DNA from: an uncultured Arcobacteraceae bacterium
GTDB lineage: Bacteria; Campylobacterota; Campylobacteria; Campylobacterales; Arcobacteraceae
DNA: 64,000 bases
Direction of reading: 5' to 3'
Assembly (NCBI GenBank): GCA_964022095.1
Contig: CAXHZO010000001.1
Span: 32,001 to 96,000 of the forward strand
Shown here: piece by piece, positions 57,830-64,000 of the stretch
Numbering within the stretch: position 1 is the stretch's first letter
Layout of the letters: each line of letters opens with the position of its first letter
Notes under the pieces: model-generated
Told to the model about the DNA's origin: nothing
Databases searched by the model: none
The model's input: only the letters and a program-made list of their open reading frames with translations
Translations under genes and position numbers: made by a program

Positions 57830-59143
57830 ATGATTAAATCAGTTTTACCTCTAAGTTTAATTATTGCACTTAGATTCTTAGGTTTATTTTTAGTATTACC
57901 AGTTATATCAGTTTATGCAATAAATTTACAAGGAGCAACATCAACTCTAGTTGGAATTGTTGTTGGTGGTTATGCTTTAACTCAAATGATTTTTCAAGTA
58001 CCATTTGGAATCATGAGTGATAAGTTAGGAAGAAAAGGAACAATAATTACAGGACTAATAATATTCGCTATTGGTTCTTTAATATGTGCATTTTCTACAG
58101 ATATCTATACATTAATGCTTGGTAGATTATTACAAGGTGCTGGAGCAATTGGAGCAGTTGTAACAGCAACAATTAGTGACTTAGTAAAAGAAGAGCAAAG
58201 ACCAAAAGCAATGGCAATGATGGGAATGTTTATTGGGATTTCATTTGCTATTTCAATGTTAGCAGGTCCATTAGTAGGTGCTTATTTAGGTGTTGAATCT
58301 TTATTTGTTATTACTATGGTTTTAGCATTAGCTTCAATTTTTATTATTCTTAAAAAAGTCCCAAACCCTCCAAAAATAACTCACACTTACAACGCTAAGC
58401 CTGATTTTGGGCAAGTATTAGGAAACAAAAATCTAATTAAAATGAACATCACAAACTTTTTACAAAAAGGTTTAATGACATTTGCATTTATGATTATTCC
58501 AATTACTTTAACAAAAGCTTATGAGTGGGAAATGACAGAGCTTTGGAAAGTTTATTTACCAGCTATGATTTTAGGTTTTCTTGCTATGGCACCTGCTGCG
58601 ATTATTGCAGAGAAAAAAGGTAAATTCAAAGAAATATTAATTATTGGTATTGCTTTATTTGCTATTTCTTATTTAGTTATTGGATTTAGTGCAGGTAGTA
58701 CAGGTTTTATTATTGGTGTTACTATATTCTTTGTTGGATTTAATATGCACGAACCAATCATGCAATCACTTGCTACTAAGTTTGCAAAAGTTCATCAAAG
58801 AGGTTTAGTTTTAGGGTTCTTTAATTCATTTGGATATTTAGGAACATTCTTAGGTGGACTTATAGGTGGAGCATTTTATCAAGATGTATCTATGAGTGCA
58901 TTAGTTATTGCAATTGCTATAATTTGTGTTTTATGGGCAATTTTAATTTTCACTATGCCAAATCCAGCTAAAAAGAAATTTGTTTATTTATCATTAGATG
59001 AGTATCATTTAGAAAATAGTGTTAACTTCTCTTCAAATGAAGCAATTGATGAGTGGTATTTAAATAATACAGAAAATGTTATTGCTGTTAAATATGATGC
59101 TGAAAAAATAGATGAAGAAGAGATAAAAAATTTATTAAAATAA
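57830..59143 (+). CDS. MFS transporter (YajR-like)
   Basis: LRFLGLF, G.MSDKLGRK motif A, GR.LQG.GAI, 12 TM plus a small C-terminal domain. Confidence 0.9.
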   Translation: MIKSVLPLSLIIALRFLGLFLVLPVISVYAINLQGATSTLVGIVVGGYALTQMIFQVPFGIMSDKLGRKGTIITGLIIFAIGSLICAFSTDIYTLMLGRLLQGAGAIGAVVTATISDLVKEEQRPKAMAMMGMFIGISFAISMLAGPLVGAYLGVESLFVITMVLALASIFIILKKVPNPPKITHTYNAKPDFGQVLGNKNLIKMNITNFLQKGLMTFAFMIIPITLTKAYEWEMTELWKVYLPAMILGFLAMAPAAIIAEKKGKFKEILIIGIALFAISYLVIGFSAGSTGFIIGVTIFFVGFNMHEPIMQSLATKFAKVHQRGLVLGFFNSFGYLGTFLGGLIGGAFYQDVSMSALVIAIAIICVLWAILIFTMPNPAKKKFVYLSLDEYHLENSVNFSSNEAIDEWYLNNTENVIAVKYDAEKIDEEEIKNLLK

Positions 59144-59190
59144 TTTTTTATTAAATATTAGATATTATTTATAAAAATAGGAGAGATGGT

Positions 59191-59832
59191 TTGAATAAAA
59201 TTTTATTAAAATCAATGATAATCATCTTTCTTATATCAATTGGTATTGTTGCATCTAGCAACTTTACATTAACTCCTGCAAAACTATCAAAAATCGAAAA
59301 AAAATATGGCCTAGCTGCAAAAAAAAGAGTTCAAATGTGGGACTCAATGATGCAATCTTCGAAAAATAAAAAAATTCTAACTAAACTTAAAAATGTTAAT
59401 GATTTTTTCAATAAAATTAGATATAGATCAGATGCTAGACATTGGAAGAAGAAAGATTATTGGGCTACACCTTTTGAGTTTATGGGTACAGGCGCGGGTG
59501 ATTGTGAAGATTATGCTATTGCAAAATATTTTAGTTTGAGACAACTTGGTATTCCAGATAGTAAACTTAGAATTACATATGTAACTTATAGAAGATCAAA
59601 TAGTAGATTTGAGCAAGCGCATATGGTTTTAACATATTATCACAAACCAGGTGCAACGCCAATTGTACTTGGAAATATCAATAAAAAACTAAAACTTGCA
59701 ACAAAAAGAACAGACTTAAAACCTGTTTATAGTTTTAATGCAACTGGACTTTGGCAGGCAAAAAACAGAGGTTCAGTTCGAGTTGGAAGAAATAATCTAA
59801 GATCTTGGAAAGATCTTATGAATAGATTTTAA
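59191..59832 (+). CDS. lapG: Periplasmic transglutaminase-like cysteine protease, LapG-like
   Basis: VN.FFN, DYWATP.E, GDCEDYAIAKY and AHMVL motifs; adjacent to lapD. Confidence 0.88.
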   Translation: MNKILLKSMIIIFLISIGIVASSNFTLTPAKLSKIEKKYGLAAKKRVQMWDSMMQSSKNKKILTKLKNVNDFFNKIRYRSDARHWKKKDYWATPFEFMGTGAGDCEDYAIAKYFSLRQLGIPDSKLRITYVTYRRSNSRFEQAHMVLTYYHKPGATPIVLGNINKKLKLATKRTDLKPVYSFNATGLWQAKNRGSVRVGRNNLRSWKDLMNRF

Positions 59833-59845
59833 AAAAGGAATAAAA

Positions 59846-62065
59846 ATGTCTTTATCAAAACAGTTGTATATTATCATATCAATAATATTTTTTATGATCT
59901 TTACAGGTAACTTCATAATAAGTGTTAATAATACAAAAGAGTATTTAGTTACAGAATCAATCACAAAAGCACAAGATACGGCTACCTCAATTGGTATGAG
60001 TTTAAAAGATATCATAAAAGATAAAAAAAATCCAGAAATAGAAACAATAATAAAATCTATAGCAAATAGTGGATTTTATAAAGAGATTAGATTAGAACAC
60101 TCTTTATTTACTATTAGTGAAGGTGATTTAATAAAAGTTGCAAATGATTTAGACAATTCTGTTTGGAAAATTTCTAACTTAACAGTTCCAAAAGAGTATG
60201 GTAAACTTGATAAAATAACTAGTGATTTAGAGATTACACAAGAGCTTTTAGCTTTAGAAGATGAAACATACGAAGAAAACCCAACAACTCAAATAACTGA
60301 AGACACATACAATTTTACTCCAACACAAAAATATAAAAATGGTGGAAATATTCCATTTAGTTTTACTGCAACAAATACAAAAGGTTTAAAAGTTGATTCA
60401 ACTGTAAATTTAGACATTAATAAAATATTAGTTCAAAGTATTAGAGAAGAAAAATTTGATTATGTTCCTAGCTGGTTTTTTAATTTAATATCAATTAATC
60501 TTCCAGAACAATCAAGTGAAATAAATGATGGATGGCAAAATACTGCGGTAATTTATGTAAGTGCAAATGCAGGTGAAGCATATGCAAAACTATATGAGCA
60601 AGCAAAAAGTGCAGTTGTATACTCACTAATTGCATTTATTATATCTGTAATAATCTTATTTGTTTTTGTTCAATATTTATTGAAACCTTTAAAAAGATTA
60701 GAAAAACTTGCAAATAATATCGCAGAAGGAAAATTCGAGCAAATTAAAGAGCTTCCATTTACAACTGAAATAAGAACTGTATCACTTGCATTTAATGATA
60801 TGTCTTCAAAAATTGAAGCAATGATAAATAAATTAAATAAAAATCTTTTAAAAATCACAAAAAAACTATCAAAAGATGAATTGACTCTTCTTCCTTTAAA
60901 ACAGAGTTTTGAAACAGATGTAAAAGATATATTTATTAATAAACTTGAAGGGTATGTATTTATAGTTAGAATTTTTGATCTTGCATCTTTTGCAAAGTCC
61001 CATACAAATAGAGATGTAAATGAGTTTATTAAAGAGTTTGCAGATATATTAAAAAACACACAACTTGAAGATGAAAACAAAAAAGCAACTGCATATAGAT
61101 TTTTTGGTTCAGAGTTTGCAATAATTGGGAAAAACTTTAGTGATGAAGATACAAAAACTTATATAAAATTACTTCAAGATAAAGTTATTGAATTCTCTTA
61201 TAAATGTAATAAAAAAGATATTATGCATATTGGTGCTTCAAAAATTACTACAATTAGTGCAATACCTGATTTACTTCAAAGCTCAACAGAAGCATACGAA
61301 AAAGCTACATTAATTGGCTCAAATGAGGCATTTATTAATGATAATGCAAATAGTTCAAGAGCTATGACACAATGGAGAGACTTAGTATTTGATATTATTG
61401 ATAATACAAAGTTTGATGTAAAATATATTGGTGATTGTTATTGTTTAAAAGATATTAATATCTTACTTATGCAAGAAGCATTTACATCTATAAAAGATGA
61501 GGACAACAAAGATATTCCAATTGGTACATTTGTATCAATTGCAGAAAAATATGAAAAAATATTAGAGTTTGATAAAAAAGTTGTTACAAAAGTAATTAAT
61601 CATATTTTAATCAACAACATACAACATAATATTTCAATTAACTTATCTTTAGAAGCTATTAGCAATACAGCATTTATTGCATGGCTTGAGAAGATTATTC
61701 TTAAACACAGAGAGATTTCAGGTCAATTAATATTCTCTGTTACAGCATATGCAGCAACAAAAGATATTGATAAATTTAAATTCTTTGTTGATGAGATGCA
61801 TAAGTGTGGGGCAAAAGTTATTATGAAAAGATTTGAAACTAAGTTTATTGCATTAGACTCTTTAAAAGATGTAAATATTGATTATATAAGATTAGCAAGA
61901 GATTATACATCTGGAATATCTACAGACTTAGCAAAACAAAGTTTTGTAGAATCAATTCAAGATTTAGCAAGTCTTCTAAATATAAAAGTCTATGCTGAAA
62001 ATGTTAAAGAAGATAATGACTTTGAAATAATCAAAGAATACAACTTAGATGGATCAAGTAGATAA
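59846..62065 (+). CDS. lapD: LapD/MoxY-like c-di-GMP receptor (periplasmic-HAMP-degenerate GGDEF-EAL)
   Basis: MSL.KQL, AQDTATS.G, VP.WF and GW motifs; HAMP; RFFGSEF; QEAF. Confidence 0.88.
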   Translation: MSLSKQLYIIISIIFFMIFTGNFIISVNNTKEYLVTESITKAQDTATSIGMSLKDIIKDKKNPEIETIIKSIANSGFYKEIRLEHSLFTISEGDLIKVANDLDNSVWKISNLTVPKEYGKLDKITSDLEITQELLALEDETYEENPTTQITEDTYNFTPTQKYKNGGNIPFSFTATNTKGLKVDSTVNLDINKILVQSIREEKFDYVPSWFFNLISINLPEQSSEINDGWQNTAVIYVSANAGEAYAKLYEQAKSAVVYSLIAFIISVIILFVFVQYLLKPLKRLEKLANNIAEGKFEQIKELPFTTEIRTVSLAFNDMSSKIEAMINKLNKNLLKITKKLSKDELTLLPLKQSFETDVKDIFINKLEGYVFIVRIFDLASFAKSHTNRDVNEFIKEFADILKNTQLEDENKKATAYRFFGSEFAIIGKNFSDEDTKTYIKLLQDKVIEFSYKCNKKDIMHIGASKITTISAIPDLLQSSTEAYEKATLIGSNEAFINDNANSSRAMTQWRDLVFDIIDNTKFDVKYIGDCYCLKDINILLMQEAFTSIKDEDNKDIPIGTFVSIAEKYEKILEFDKKVVTKVINHILINNIQHNISINLSLEAISNTAFIAWLEKIILKHREISGQLIFSVTAYAATKDIDKFKFFVDEMHKCGAKVIMKRFETKFIALDSLKDVNIDYIRLARDYTSGISTDLAKQSFVESIQDLASLLNIKVYAENVKEDNDFEIIKEYNLDGSSR

Positions 62066-62066
62066 A

Positions 62067-64000
62067 ATGTTTGATAAAGTATTAAAGTTTTTTATTGAAA
62101 ACTCAAGGGTTAACTACACACTGTTTGTATTGATTTTTGCATTGGGAATTTGGTCATACACAAAAACACCTAAAGAGATATTCCCAAGTTTTGATTTAGA
62201 TATGATATCAATTAGTGGTTCATACACTGGAGCTTCAGTTGATATATTAGATAAAATGGCAGTTACAGAAGTTGAAGATAATCTAAAGAATGTTGACTCA
62301 GTTGATACTATGACAACAGTAATTAGTCCAGGAAGATTCTCCATTATCTTAGAATTAAAAAAAGGTTTTGATAAATATCAAGAGAGCGATAAAGTAAAAG
62401 ATATTATTGCCTTAACAAAATCTAATCTTCCAAGTGATATGGATGAGCCAACAGTAAAAACTATGGATAGAACTAGAACTTTACTTGATATTTCTATTAC
62501 ATCAGAAAAGTTAAAACTTGATGAATTAAAACCTCTTGCTGATAAAATCAAAAGCCAACTTCTAAATATTTCAGGAATAAATGAAATAAATATATTTGGA
62601 GATTCGGATAAATATTTTGAAGTACTTTTAGATGACAATAAAATAGATGCATTAAATTTAAATAAATCACAAGTATTTGATGCTATTTCTACAATATCTT
62701 ATATTTTTCCAATAGGAAAGATTGAAGACCCTAAAAAACACTACTATATTTCAACATATAATGGTGCTAAAAATGCAATTGATTTTGGTAATACCTTACT
62801 TAGAATCTCAAATAAGAATATTTATGTAAAAGATATTGCAAAAATATCTAAAAAATATGAAGATTCTACTACAATGTACTCACTAAATGGAAAGAACTCT
62901 ATTTCTTTACAGATAGTTCAAGCAAGTAGTGCAGATGCAATTAAAATTGTTGAAGAAATGAAAAAACTTTTACCAAAAGTTTCAAAACAAAATCCAGATA
63001 TTAGTATAGAAATTTCAGATGATAATAGTGAGAGAATCGTTGATAGATTAAATATTGTAACATCAAATATTCTCTTTGGTATCATAATGATAACAATCTT
63101 AGTCGCACTATTAATTAATGCAAGAATGTCTTTTATTATTGCAGTTGGTATTCCTACATCATTTGTAATTGCAGCAGTTTATATGTACCTTTCTGGATAT
63201 ACAATCAATATGATTTCACTAGTTGGAGTTTTAATTGCAATTGGTATTGTTGTTGATGATGCTATTGTTGTAAGTGAAAATATTCAACAACATATTGAAG
63301 AGGGTTATCCACCAAAAGAAGCAGCCCTTTTGGGTGCAAAAGAGATGGTTAAACCTGTAACTATTGCTTCACTTACAACACTCTTCTCTTTTTTACCTAT
63401 ATTGATGATTAGTGGAACTATGGGTGAAGTTATGAAGCTTATTCCTATTGCATTAAGTGCATTAGTTGTAGCTTCTTTAATTGAATCATTTATTTTCTTA
63501 CCAATTCATGCGACACATGCTCTTAAAAATGGAGCAAAGGTAACTTCATGGGAAAAAGCCAATTATATATACAATAAGATTATTCACTTTTGTATGTACT
63601 TTAAAAAGACATTTATAGTTCTATTTATCATATTGGTTCCCCTTTTAATTTTCTATTTAATAAAAGAATCAAGATTCCAAATGTTCCCAAAATTTGATTC
63701 AACAAATGTTAGAATCACTTTAAAAGCAAATGCTAATACAACATTAGAACAAGCCTTTGAAATAGTAAGAAGTATTGAGTCTGATATTTTAAAAAAGAAA
63801 GATGACTTTTATATTAGAAATATTAACTCAATTGCAGGATATAGAAAAGACTTAGGAAATAACACAGAGAGATTTCCTTATGCAATGTATATGACTATTG
63901 AGCTTATGAAAAATAAACCTGAAAATTTTGTTGATAAATTCATAACACCCAATTTAAGTTTTTATTATGATGATGAGGGAAGAACAAGAGAATTAAATTC
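62067..64000 (+). CDS. RND efflux permease (AcrB family), runs off the window end
   Basis: ATG 62067 MFDKVLKFFIEN...PKEIFP; GIVVDDAIVVSENI motif; no stop seen before the edge. Confidence 0.9.
   Translation, partial: MFDKVLKFFIENSRVNYTLFVLIFALGIWSYTKTPKEIFPSFDLDMISISGSYTGASVDILDKMAVTEVEDNLKNVDSVDTMTTVISPGRFSIILELKKGFDKYQESDKVKDIIALTKSNLPSDMDEPTVKTMDRTRTLLDISITSEKLKLDELKPLADKIKSQLLNISGINEINIFGDSDKYFEVLLDDNKIDALNLNKSQVFDAISTISYIFPIGKIEDPKKHYYISTYNGAKNAIDFGNTLLRISNKNIYVKDIAKISKKYEDSTTMYSLNGKNSISLQIVQASSADAIKIVEEMKKLLPKVSKQNPDISIEISDDNSERIVDRLNIVTSNILFGIIMITILVALLINARMSFIIAVGIPTSFVIAAVYMYLSGYTINMISLVGVLIAIGIVVDDAIVVSENIQQHIEEGYPPKEAALLGAKEMVKPVTIASLTTLFSFLPILMISGTMGEVMKLIPIALSALVVASLIESFIFLPIHATHALKNGAKVTSWEKANYIYNKIIHFCMYFKKTFIVLFIILVPLLIFYLIKESRFQMFPKFDSTNVRITLKANANTTLEQAFEIVRSIESDILKKKDDFYIRNINSIAGYRKDLGNNTERFPYAMYMTIELMKNKPENFVDKFITPNLSFYYDDEGRTRELN

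Noticed and set aside
625-62638. Many short ORFs in the track antisense to or nested in long genes (e.g. 1809-2024, 14640-15050, 37517-38131, 60670-61080)
   Set aside because: Shadow frames of well-supported genes, with biased composition and no motifs
1-64000. CRISPR array, rRNA, prophage or defence island
   Set aside because: No regularly spaced repeats, rRNA-like sequence, or phage/defence gene motifs seen

Overview
This is a very AT-rich chromosomal window from a Campylobacterota bacterium, most likely Arcobacteraceae (judged from the long leader-bearing AtpE, the lon-bamD-proC-rdgB synteny and the AAGGA Shine-Dalgarno plus TGnTATAAT promoters). It holds about 55 genes: the 3' end of a NorQ/CbbQ-type ATPase, an Rrf2 regulator, a TetR-controlled RND efflux operon, a redox cluster (YceI, SelO, hemerythrin, AhpC-type peroxiredoxin), two trans-sulfuration PLP enzymes, a Zur-like zinc-uptake locus, nhaA, an AraC/DMT pair, an MCP, a five-gene imelysin/di-heme operon with Fur-type boxes, atpE, tRNA-Leu(GAG), c-di-GMP and two-component genes, dinB, lon, bamD, proC, three mini-pseudopilins, rdgB, lapG/lapD and a partial RND pump. 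The best findings are missing from the supplied ORF track. (1) An exported thioredoxin-fold selenoprotein (11627-11992) has an in-frame UGA in a UxxC active site, directly followed by a SECIS-like hairpin. (2) A multi-stem structured leader precedes atpE. (3) Two genes appear to use ATC/ATA starts, one encoding a secreted triple-repeat Cys-pair protein. (4) The imelysin-DHOR-imelysin-desaturase-peroxidase operon has an internal 17-bp hairpin. (5) An orphan binding-protein signalling module ends in a kinase whose H-box His is replaced by Tyr. (6) Several operator sites are directly readable (FNR/Dnr, Zur, Fur/PerR, TetR, AraC). All family calls come from motif recognition by eye; no database searches were run.
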